A stretch of DNA of 63,370 nt, filler included, from Choristocarpus tenellus KU-1152 (taxonomy: Eukaryota > Protista > Phaeophyceae), in assembly GCA_964200185.2 (NCBI GenBank). It is 12 parts of 12 records of this genome, joined end to end, with 100 filler letters (N's around TTAATTAATTAA, not from the genome) between each part and the next. Parts side by side here need not be neighbours in the genome. Positions count along the whole stretch, not along the records: positions 48,207 to 53,312 come from CAXNAD020011851.1; positions 53,413 to 56,275 come from CAXNAD020024118.1; positions 56,376 to 60,578 come from CAXNAD020015718.1; positions 60,679 to 63,370 come from CAXNAD020025610.1; 8 more parts are not named here. The stretch is one strand, 5' to 3'. Below the pieces are notes generated by a model. That model did no database searches, was not told the DNA's origin, and was given only the letters and a program-made list of their open reading frames with translations. Shown piece by piece: positions 51,046-62,083 of this stretch. A program made the translations under genes and the position numbers. The first letter of the stretch is position 1, and each line of letters starts with the position of its first letter.

Positions 51046-53012
51046 ATGGGGCGGGGGGGTTGCGGGAGTACTGTGGTCAGCCAGCTTAGGGGACGATGTC
51101 CCCCCAGCATGCTGTGCCTTGCGCTGTTGAAAGTCTCTGTGGGACCTGCAGCATGCTTGGCAATGAGTGGAAGTGGTGGAGGACTCGTTAGATTATCCGC
51201 AAACGCCTGGGGGAACCCACAGCACTCCAGCACTCTACAGAAGCCAAGTGCGCATGCCATTTGCAATGCAGGACACTGGGTCGGGGCTACCTCTTGCTTC
51301 ACAAAAATAGCGTTTGAGATGACGATAGGCCGAGGTTCAAACATTCAGGAGAAGGTCGGTATTAGGTCGCGAGGGAAGAGAGGAACAGCACTGTCCGCTG
51401 CATCGGTCGATGTGGACAAGGAAGGTGCAGGAGTTACTAGCACGAAAAAGGACAATCCCAAGCGCGTCCTCATCCTTATGAGTGATACAGGAGGAGGTCA
51501 CCGGGCTTCGGCGCAAGCTCTTGAGGCCGCGTTCAATCAGCTGTACAATGGAAAGGCAAGTTTAAAAGACTTCCGGGTTTTGCTGAGACATGATCCGCTC
51601 CATTGTTACATGTGTTGCCCCCTGACCCCGTTTAATGTATCCAGTTTTGCTGGCAAAATGTGGGCTCATGATCGTGTGGGAACAAAATCCACCACGATGA
51701 GAGGATTATTCGTCATGTTTTGGGAGTGAAGTTTAAGGTGTATCAGGGGACAACTGTTACATATCATTGAGGACCACCTTCTGGATTTCCTGAAATCGAA
51801 TTACTCAGTGATCGCGTGTGAATTTAGTCGAATTGAAAGAAACACGATGTGATTTGCAAAGGAAGGCAGTGCCCAGGTCGAACAGTTTACCAACCTGAAA
51901 ACCCACCTTGTGAACTGGTGCGGATATTCGTTCGTTTATGTAGGAGGAACGTAATGGCAAGGGCTTTGGAGGATTTAAATCCGCGCGACCATGTTTTTTG
52001 CTGGCATGCTGTCCTCCGTGAGTGAGTGAGGATTAGTATGTGCAGAGTAAGTCCCTTGTATAATGATTTTACTCGTTTATTTGCAATGGCGAATAAGGTG
52101 GACTGACCTTTCTCAGACCGTCGATTCCTTTAGCTTGTTCAATGGAGGTTCAACATCGTCTTCAGCAAGTTCAACATCGCCTTTGAGCTCAACTTAATGT
52201 TCATATGAGCTACTTTGACCTACTGTATGCAGCTATAGCTATGAAATTATGTTTATTTGTATATATATACCAATAGTGCCAAGTGCTGGGTGATGAAACC
52301 TCACCAAAGAATTCAGCTTTAGCTTTGTCTGCCAGTGTTACCTGCATCTACTGGACCACCAATATCAGGATACCAATGTTGAATGACCTGCATGCCATTA
52401 GGATTAGAGATACACTGGAGTGCATTTATTGGAAATATGTGTCATATGTACTAACCTTGTATTTTGCACTGTATCCTGGAGCTCATGGCTGACTCATGGC
52501 TCATGTGCACATGGCAGGCAATGTTCCACACAGAAAGTGGGTTTCCAAACCACCTAACGATTCTACTGTAGTCAACACTACAGTACGTGTCCATGGCTCT
52601 GCCCCTTGCCTGTGACCTGTATATGGCCTTTAATTTTCAGCCCTACCCTTGAGCGGTTTGTGGTGAGCTTCAGCACGCTTTCTTTTTTACATACTGACAA
52701 GATGGTTGCATAATCTCCCAGCACTTCATCCCTAACCTTAAGCCCGAATATTAATTCCTTTGTAAGTGACGTCTAATACCACACTACTGCCATTGTAGTT
52801 GAAACTTCCTCCTACACCCCCCCCCACATCCTTGTAACCACTATGGCATTCCATTTCGCCACTCTGGACCAGATTCACACAGACATTGTGGATGTCTGGA
52901 CAGAATACGCCCGTTGGCCATTCAACTCCGCCGTGTCAACGTACCGCTTTGTTGCGCGTTACCCTCCAATATGGAAGGCGATGTATGACTACGCACGCTT
53001 CCCGCCCACCAG
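51046..53012 (+). CDS. MGD: Monogalactosyldiacylglycerol synthase (GT28 family), 5' part
   Basis: Exon 51046-51555 with a long presequence and [25 protein letters not shown] (GC donor gcaagt); exon 52873-53012 [18 protein letters not shown]...[15 protein letters not shown]. Confidence 0.92.
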
Positions 53013-53057
53013 GTAAAAAATAAATAAATAAAAGATAAATGGAAAAAAAATGAAAAA

Positions 53058-53131
<74 letters not shown>

Positions 53132-53133
53132 GA

Positions 53134-53312
53134 TGGGGGGGGGGGGGGGGGGGGGGGGGGGGGATCGAAAGAGTCACAGTATTTTCACGTAGCAATAGCC
53201 TGTATGTAGTGTGTACGCAGTAGTAGTTCGCGCCCTAATTAGAAGGGGGGGGGGGGGGTAGAGGTGGGATAGAGGGGTAGGGTTTCAAAACACCAAAGAA
53301 CAACAACCAAAA
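53134..53312 (+). other. Poly-G plus degraded Illumina adapter read-through (artefact)
   Basis: gatcgaaagag ~ GATCGGAAGAG; gtgtacgcagtagtagttcgcgccctaatt ~ GTGTAGATCTCGGTGGTCGCCGTATCATT; poly-G runs; contig end. Confidence 0.65.
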
Positions 53313-53415
53313 NNNNNNNNNNNNNNNNNNNNNNNNNNNNNNNNNNNNNNNNNNNNTTAATTAATTAANNNNNNNNNNNNNNNNNNNNNNNNNNNNNNNN
53401 NNNNNNNNNNNNAAT

Positions 53416-53594
53416 GGGTCAAAGTATCTGGTGGTGGGGGGTGGTTCGTGAGGGGGCGTCCGTTTCGGTCACACAACTCTTTTTTTTGCTGACATTTCAA
53501 ATCCGACACGTTTGACCAAATCACACCAAAAAAGTGAAAATGGAAAAAGCGTGAAAAACGGACGCCGACACCTCCCCCCCAGATACGTTGACCC
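53416..53594. mobile_element. MITE family B (~180 bp), same TIR core as family A but a different interior
   Basis: aat|gggtcaaagtatctgg...ccagatacgttgaccc|taat. Confidence 0.85.
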
Positions 53595-55507
53595 TAATTT
53601 ATTGCTACGTATTATACGATTACGCATGCCAAGTCGAAAGGGCTAAAATGGATCAAAATTTGATCATCCTCCTCTTGTGGTCGAATATGTTTGAAATTAC
53701 CCAAACTAGCAGAACTAGCTGAAATCCTAGATTGAGACTGGGTCTACTGAGGTAGGCCTATAAGTTTCACGAGTTTATAGAAAATAATATTTGTCGATTA
53801 GTCACAACCCTATAGTATCACAATACCAAGAAATATAGGAACTGGCATACACATATAAACGAATTAGTATACGGCAAGATACCTACTCTCCTTGGTGAGA
53901 GATCTGAGAATAGTTCCAACAGGTGTATAGATAGACCAATGGGACGTCTGTGAGTGGGACGCTCCTTTTTTTCTCCCCGCAGTAGTGCTGTGTTAGACAA
54001 CTTAGTCGGAATTGAGTGGTCCAACCTGCCCTATTTGTATCAGGAATTCAACAGGCATTTATCCTGTAAGGCCATATTCCTTTTGTAGAAGATACTTCCT
54101 AGTATGGGGAGACTTCCCTCGGAAGGTCCACAGCCTTAATATGGGAAAAACTTCCCCAGTTGTTCCGTAAGGTAAAACAGTTCGTCGGCACAACCTGTTA
54201 GCTATCGCCTTCCTCCTTAATATTGTGCCACCAATTTGTATTTCTTCGCTATTGTAGACCTCTACAATATCTACATGCCACAACTACATTTTGTTTGCTG
54301 TAAGACCTTTCTCGTAAGCAATACAGACTCTGTTGTCATTGTTTAGAAATTATTAACTAGGAATTTGATGTAACACAAAATTCCACTCAAATCGCATCTA
54401 CTCCAAATTAAAGTACGTATATTATGCGATAATGTCAACTACAATTCAATTAACTTGGACATACCTAATCATTGTTTGTACTATCATACACTGGGACCAA
54501 GTCAAACCTCGTGCCCACAATACCCACTATAACACAGCATGGGTTCCCACCCCAGAATCTCAGTGGTTGCGTTATAATGTTCCTAACTGCTGCTACCACA
54601 GTACCAGTAGAGCTCTGGTATTATCAATGTTTGATTTATTGTAGCTTTTGTTGCCCCAACTCAGACCACGTTACATCTTTTTGATCGTTTCGTTTCAACC
54701 CTCTGCACCCAGTGCCAGACAGTAGTCTAAGACCAAGTAAGTATATATCAAGACAATATTTGGACATGGTCAACGAGGGCTTTTTTTTATCGCGTTTAGA
54801 GATGCATTATATTAATCTGTAATAATATGTCAGTGGGCATAAGTAACACACACACACACACACATAACATAAAAGTAAGCTAAGGGCTCAATATGTCCTC
54901 ACATACTTACACTTATAGCACATAAATAATGTTTGAATATAGGTAGGTGAATTACAAGTCTGGCAGCCCTTGGAAAGGTATGAGAACATGTAGAGGGAGT
55001 ATATACTTCAAACTGCATGAATATTCTGTCATGCCCACTGTTATTTGGCAGATGTGGTCATGGAGGGGGAGACAAGAATAGTATCAATAGTCCATTTACT
55101 GTATCACAGTAGTATGAGAAAGGTTCCTTGTTGAGTTTTGGCTCCTGAATTAATTTCCAACTCTCCGGGATAGTTCGTATCCTCTGGAACAACAACGGAA
55201 ATATTCAAGGTCAGAGGAGTCACCAAGTGCATATTGTTAGCTCTCTGATGGCGCTTTGTGCTGTTAACGGTATTTTGGATGGTATGGGATTAAATGACGG
55301 GGAAATTAATATATGTTGAAACTCTTTCCTTTATCTAAAGAGGATCAAATACCCATTTTAAATATGGGAAGGTTGATATAGTTAATTGTCGATTTTAAAA
55401 CCTTGACTTAATTGGGGATAAAGCAAACCTCGCAAAAGAGTGGATATCTGCTTAGAACTCACATTGTGTTTCAAAGTATACAAGGGACTATGAAACTGTG
55501 TACAATT

Positions 55508-55689
55508 GGCTCAAACTATCTGAGGGGGAGGGAGGGGGAGGGGTCTATATCAGGATGTCCACTCAGGGCCCTGACCAGGAGAAGTGCACTTAATCCATTC
55601 GACGCATGCAACCAAATAACCCAAAAATTGCACCATGGAAAAACGGGTCCCGAACGGACAGCCACCACCACCCCCAGATACTTTGAGCC
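55508..55689 (-). mobile_element. MITE family A, 3-bp TSD ATT
   Basis: att|ggctcaaactatctg...ccagatactttgagcc|att. Confidence 0.85.
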
Positions 55690-56101
55690 ATTACCTCTCC
55701 CATACTATGTTGATCGCACTATAAGTAGCAGGAAATAGATGAGATGTGATACTTGGAGTGTGCGTGAACATACACATGTATATTTTGTTCCATACTACAT
55801 GCCATCAAGCTCTGCACGCTGGGCCACATACCTATTACTGAAGAAAGTTGGGCGATGAGTGTTGAAATATTCCACACTGGACCCGCGGCTTGGTGCTATA
55901 ATGAAGGACAAAGAATAGCTTGATGTAGATGAGCAAAGTTAATATTACAAGGGCCTTATGGTCTCATTCCTCTGACTGAGTACATGGGTGAGACTAGCCT
56001 ATCATTATTATTTCTATAGTGTGGGGTTTGTAATCGTCCACACTAAATGACTATGAGTCACCTATTTACTTGTCTTGAGTATAGAAATTGTATCTTGAAC
56101 T

Positions 56102-56262
56102 GGGTTAAAGTATCTGGGGGGGGGTGGTGTCGGCATCCGTTATTCACCTTTTTTACGATTTTCAGATCGTGTGATTTGATCGCACGTATCAGATTTGAAA
56201 TGTCAACAAAAAAAAGAGTTGTTTGACCGAAACGGACGCCCCCTCACAACCCCCCCCCCCCC
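56102..56262. mobile_element. MITE family B, opposite orientation, truncated at contig end
   Basis: Reverse complement of the 53416 copy (gaccgaaacggacgccccctcac). Confidence 0.8.
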
Positions 56263-56579
56263 ACCAAACCTAAACNNNNNNNNNNNNNNNNNNNNNNNNN
56301 NNNNNNNNNNNNNNNNNNNTTAATTAATTAANNNNNNNNNNNNNNNNNNNNNNNNNNNNNNNNNNNNNNNNNNNNAGTGAGGGTCATAACCTATGCAAAA
56401 GAGAACTCTTCCAATAGAGTCTTTGCTTTAAGTTGTGTGGATTTATTTATTAGCGGAGTGAGCACAGCCCTTGGTGCTCTTATATTGTTATCTATTGCGC
56501 ACGTCATCAGACACGTCAAAATGTGTCCGTGTCAGTCGCACTACGTCAGCCACTTGTATTGAACAAACTAAGAAATTAA

Positions 56580-56650
56580 TCCATCAAGACTCGAACCTGT
56601 GACTCTACGCTCACCAAATCAAATCCTTGACCCTTACTCTACTCAGTGAA
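56580..56650 (-). mobile_element. Degenerate tRNA-derived (SINE-like) Pol III head
   Basis: Minus strand has an A-box-like TAGAGTAAGGG and a B-box GGTTCGAGTCT about 30 nt downstream; no intact cloverleaf. Confidence 0.35.
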
Positions 56651-57285
56651 TACTTCTGTCGGATTCTGCTCTTCACTAAAGATATAACCCCCTATATAGT
56701 TCCTAGCCTATATTGCACACATAAGACCTGCTTCTTTACATATATTAACCTGTCTCGGTTGATGTTTTAAAGCTAAACCGTGAAAAACTGTTTCCAACTT
56801 AAACAAGTTGCCCCAAACGGTGCCCTTTGTAATACTTTTTTGGTAACCTAATTTTGTTACATCAAATTAGTCTCATCCGTGCAAACCGCAACGGTATGGA
56901 TTTGTAAAAAAAAGTACAAAATTTATTGGCACGCCGGAACTAATTGCATTCACAAATGTCAACGTCCGTTCCCCTTGTTTACCACTCTACCTTTAATGCC
57001 ACACAAGCAAATAAGGAACGGAGCAAGGGATATCCTAGTGACAAGTTCTGATGCAATCTAAAACTCGCAAGAGAGGGCGAACGCACTACATGTATCCCAA
57101 TGTTATGGTCACCTGTATCACCAGCGTCGTCATTTCCGAAGGTTACACCTTTCGATTTTTTTACGATCAAAGGGAAGACTTCCCCGCCATCTACTCGTCG
57201 AAGTACGATTCTTGACTTGTATTGTCTCGTTTCAACATTTGTGAAGAAAGGAACACACATGATAGGGGCGGAACGTCCGGAAAAA

Positions 57286-59585
57286 TCAGGTATGGTATGG
57301 TGAACAATTGAAAAGGTTAATCTCGATGGAAATTTGGACGGTGGACATAATGAGTTTAACTCCCACCTCCGCAGGTAGCACATATTTGACTTTCTCCTTC
57401 TTCTTCTTCACTGTTCGCTTAGGAGCTTCAATGTCCTCGCCTTCGTCTTCCTCCGAGGGGCATGCCACCTCTTCACCGCCCTTGAGCTTATTTATGATCT
57501 GAATGGCGACCTCCTTCACCACGCCTTCAATCAGAACCTCTTTGAGGTGCATTCTTTTTTTTTATGCCGCCTCAAAGTCTGTTAAGATTGTCGCACTTTT
57601 TTCCTGCTTCTTGACTGCTTTTTGATTGCGCATACCCCGCAGGGTCTTGGAGAACTGGGTGAGGGGAAAGGATGGATATGCATCAGCTGGATTCATCTTT
57701 AAGTTGTGTAAAATTAAAACAACGAAGGGTGTTTATGTTTTTCCTAAGAAAACACTGCATCGTGGACGATACAAAAATGGTAACTTTCGTTTTGCACTCC
57801 CAACAGATAGTACACTTTTGAGGCTGATGTTGAATCCGGTTAAAGTTATTAATCTTTTTGATTTCTTGACTGTCAGATTAATCCTTTTGATTTCTTGACT
57901 GTCGGACCGATGGTATATTGTCTATAATGGTCAAATCGAAAAAAACCTACTCGTTTATATTTTCAGTCTGCCAGGATGCCTGTGAATTGAAGGGTGACGA
58001 GATGTTTTTGAATGATGCCGAACCTAAGTGTAAGGATATTGTTGTGTTACCAATTTCAGTGAATAAAATCCAAGGCCATGAATTTTCAATCCGTAATTTT
58101 ACCGTTTGCCAGATTTCTTCTGATTTTGGTAGAAGGTGAAAAATCTGCGATCAGCTTTATTTTCGGTCTCTATGTATTATGTGTATTTTAGGTGATAATA
58201 TTTGTGAGTGTAATGTTTTTCATCTTGAAGATTTACGATGAACTTACTCGAAGGAGGAAAATTTGTTTGTCCTAAGAAGAAAAACTTGTTTGTCTTCTTA
58301 CCATCCGACTTGTTCATCCTGTTACCATCTGAGCTTTGAGGAAAGCGGTTAATACCTTCCAAGACGAAGTAGTTTGAAACTTCACTTCTCAGGCCTTCTA
58401 GGATGTTGGTTACTTCGTTCCAATTTCAAAAATTTCAGGGGCGTGATGACGTAAAGGTGGTACGTACTCACCCAAGCCTCGAATGACTCCTGTTTCGCAT
58501 TGGATGGCACATAGAACAGGGAGAGTGTGTCTTGTTGCAGTCTAGACCCAGCTTCCTGTGCAAAGACGCCAGCGGCCATGTCAACGATGTCGGACCAGTT
58601 GTGATCTTGAGGGATGTCGTCTTTCGACATCCGAAACCTCTCCTGTCCCACCAGAGCATCCCGGCACATGAGACGGAAGTATTCTTCCTTTATGGTTGTA
58701 TGAAGCTGTCGACGGTTGGACAGGACAAAATGGTTTGAGGTCTTGGAATACGAGGCAATATGATTTTGTCATGATATTGCGAGTATGCCGGTCTATGTGG
58801 GTCATAAGAACTGCCACAAGCTGAGCATTAAAAAGATGAAAGGTTACCCCAGAGTGCATGACATAAGCTATTGTGGAGGTAGATGGAAATCGAGCTAAGG
58901 CTTGTAAGTGCGCTCACCTTAAACTTAGTCTGGTTGTCGAAGGCCATGCTATGTTTCATCACATCAAACGCTGTGTCGGGGTTGACCGCCCAGAGAAGTG
59001 TAAAATAGTGAACACTGCGGTGGTCGAATGAAGACTGCGGGGAGATAGTGAAATGGAGAACGAGTGAAAGCGGGTCCAGCTAAAAAAATGAGGAAAGGTA
59101 TAGAGTGACACTACAATACAGGAATAATGTTTTGATCTCTATTTTCAACAACGGTGATTTCAAAGCGAGGATGACATAATGTTTGAAATCAACATGTGCT
59201 CATGTTGGAAACGAAACTCACGTTTGTTGGGCTATCTTTGTTACGTTTCCAGACCTCGATGAGGAGTTCTTGAAACTCCCCTTTATCTGAGTTATGGCAG
59301 GGTGTTACGGTATTAGTATTGGAGCGCTTTTGTTTCGTTTCTGTCTCCGAGAATTACGTTTTGTGCAATAGGAAATTGGGTGCATGTCAGTGAAGCTGAG
59401 TTAAGGAGGGAGCAGACCCAAGCATCATTCTCACCCTCGCTTGCGCAGTTGTACACGCAGGTTGCCACAGCGTTAAAGAATAAGGTCCGGTCCTGTTTTC
59501 TTTTTATGCAGTCCTTCGTCGTCCTTTCCCACGTCTTGTCAAGGAAAGTCTCAACTTTTGAAGCAACTGTTTTCTTCGCTCTCAT
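57286..59585 (-). CDS. Short-intron multi-exon gene of unknown function
   Basis: Phase-compatible chain ...VYNCASE|D KGEFQELLIEVWKRNKDSPTN|SSFDHRSVHYFTLLWAV...NQTKFK (59034-58918)|LHTTIKEEYFRLMCRD...ESFEAW|. Then small exons and a Lys/Glu-rich segment at 57552-57286; 3' part uncertain. Confidence 0.5.
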
Positions 59586-59970
59586 GGGGAAGTTCCCCCT
59601 TTGTTTAATGGTGAAGTCGATGGCCCCCAGTCATACTGATGACATAGAAACGGCAGCTCATGGTGCTAGAATCGCTACAAAGTCACAAAGGTTTGGGTCG
59701 ACAATCCTAAGGCCTGGACTGTGAGGCTCGCAAAAATGGACTGGTCATAAACCTCTCGATGGGTACCTTGTTGCCTGGTCAGAAGGGTGGTGGGGCAAGT
59801 GGCCACTACCAATCCCAGAAAAGTTGAATGCTGGTGGAGTCTCGTGGAGGATAGGCCTAGGTCACCTAAACTCGTGAGCATCTATGCCTGCACTGGTTGG
59901 TGCATTTCAAGGCGAAGACATTATTTTTCGCACACTCCCATCAAAGAACTCAGTGGCCCCAGGTGGATCT

Positions 59971-60085
59971 GAGCGAAAGTATCTTAGAGGACAAGAGTTT
60001 TGTCCTTTTTTCCGTTTGGGACCTGACTTCCCAAGGGATATTTATGACATATTCCTACTCTAAAATGTTTCGGAGTAGGTAAAAT
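59971..60085 (+). mobile_element. MITE family C, 5' fragment
   Basis: gagcgaaagtatcttagagg...gtttcggagtaggtaaaatg. Confidence 0.7.
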
Positions 60086-60253
60086 GTGGTGTTAAAGTAT
60101 CCCCAAAATCTTCAAAGAGGGTAAAGGGGATAAAACCAGCGGATTGCTTGATGTCTGTAGAGTGATTGATTAAATTTAGGTGGGGCATGTAAGGCCCCAT
60201 AAAATCAGAAATACTTCCTTCTATATGAGAAAAATTCTCATTCAACTAATCAC

Positions 60254-60511
60254 GAATGAAAGTATCTAAGAGGTTACGAGTTTTGCCCTGTTTGTCCGTT
60301 TGGGACTTGACTTCCCATAGTTTTTTTACTACATATTCCTACTCCGAAATGTTTCGGAGTAGGTGAAATGTGTACGTTATGAAATGGTGTGCCTGGAACA
60401 AGGATCTTTACACTTCCTAACAAACACGATAGCCAAGATTACATCGAAATCACAACATTAGATTTTGGCCCCTAAATGGACGCGGCTCTACCCCCTAAGA
60501 TACTTTGACTC
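60254..60511 (+). mobile_element. MITE family C, apparent 4-bp TSD TCAC
   Basis: tcac|gaatgaaagtatctaagagg...ccccctaagatactttgactc|tcac. Confidence 0.85.
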
Positions 60512-60678
60512 TCACTAGTAAGAGGTTCTGATAACTCAACCACTAATTGATTGTTCCATTACTCCATACATATTTTACNNNNNNNNNNNNNNNNNNNNNN
60601 NNNNNNNNNNNNNNNNNNNNNNTTAATTAATTAANNNNNNNNNNNNNNNNNNNNNNNNNNNNNNNNNNNNNNNNNNNN

Positions 60679-60746
60679 CCCCCCCAGATACTTTGAGTCA
60701 GGGTCAAAAACGGACGCCGGTACCCCCCCCCCAGAAACGTTGACCC
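60679..60746. mobile_element. MITE terminus abutting an internally deleted family B element
   Basis: cccagatactttgagtc, then gggtcaaaaacggacgcc...ccagaaacgttgaccc. Confidence 0.65.
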
Positions 60747-62083
60747 TCCGAAGCTGAAATGTTCTTCATACGTCATGCATCCATGCACCATATTGCACCC
60801 TGAATTGTGAGTAGAAGATGTTACTATACGTTGATCGATGGGTAAAGACGTCAGCTTTTATTCCATCTATATATTCCTATGAGTGGACCTGTGCCAAATT
60901 ATTTAGTGGTCTGAATGCCTGAAGTCTACTATGCGAGACTGAAGAATCTTCTCCAAGTTTGGTGTAAAATGACACATATATTGGGTAAAGTGGTACCAAT
61001 AGCTTATCCCTCTGGAGCAATCTTTTTTTTCTGTCTTGCCACAAAAGAAGTATACAACAATATAAATATCAAATGAAAGCTGATGCCCAGAGGTGTTGAA
61101 AATTTGTATTGAGGAATGTACAAACTCTGGTGAACGGGAATGATGCCCCGATCAAAGAATGGTAAAAACGCGGGGGAACATCTCCGGCGTAATTTTGATG
61201 ATCACTGTTAGAACATAGGCTACTCATCTGTTTGTTCGTCGATAGGATACAGTTCCACCAGTCACTACTGACTGTTGATTGGTCTGTTAAGCTCTGGACG
61301 TTACTGCCACAAGTATCAATTACCATCAGAACACCGTAGTACAGAACAGTCGCTCTGCGTTCCACACGCAAGAATAGTATACGTTACTTGAGTTGCATCA
61401 CACATTGGTTCAAGTTTGTTCTGTTGTTCCCTTGTTTGTTTTTTCTTCCCTCTTTCTTCTTCTTATCAGCAGAAGATGACAGTTGTACGTTGATTATTGA
61501 TTTTTATTTCTTTAGTAGCTGGTATTGATCTCTTACAATGCACCAGAGCTCACTCTGCAAATAGTGTAACAAACACACACATGGATGTAATATAATCAGA
61601 GTTAAAACCATCCGCAGAAACCCTTCTCAGCCAAGGTAACAAGCCTCTCCACAGAGCATGGACTTCTTTCGTTGAGTATCTCATGAAAGAACATTGAATT
61701 CACGTCACATCATTCTGGATTGAGCAGCCAAGAATACTGAATTCACATCGCATCATTCTTGACTGAGAGATCAATTACCTCAGTTACAACAGAATAAGCA
61801 CATCGATGCTTTGCAGCACAATCATACCTATCCATAATATAGACTACGCATATTACTCAGCGGTGCTTTGCAACACAATGATTCCTCATCGCTCGTAGTC
61901 TACGCATTTTGCTTACATGTACGATGCATTCGATTCAGCTTTCAACAATCACAACCTCAAAAAGGTACAAAATGAATTGGTTGGCTGAATTCCCCGCAAA
62001 AACCTGGTGCGGGTTAGGCCGCTGCCCAAATACGGTGGGTATGGCAATGCCAAAAAACCCCAAGATTCTCGGACATCTTTTTA

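Noticed and set aside
53013-53312. Long poly-A/poly-G tracts as G-quadruplex or regulatory element
   Set aside because: Low-quality contig end with adapter read-through and two-colour-chemistry poly-G.
53600-55500. Short ORFs on contig 10
   Set aside because: No supportable homology; likely old TE debris.
7868-60678. Regularly recurring TTAATTAATTAA palindrome flanked by Ns
   Set aside because: Artificial six-frame-stop contig linker. Any gene cluster or system inferred across these joins is invalid.
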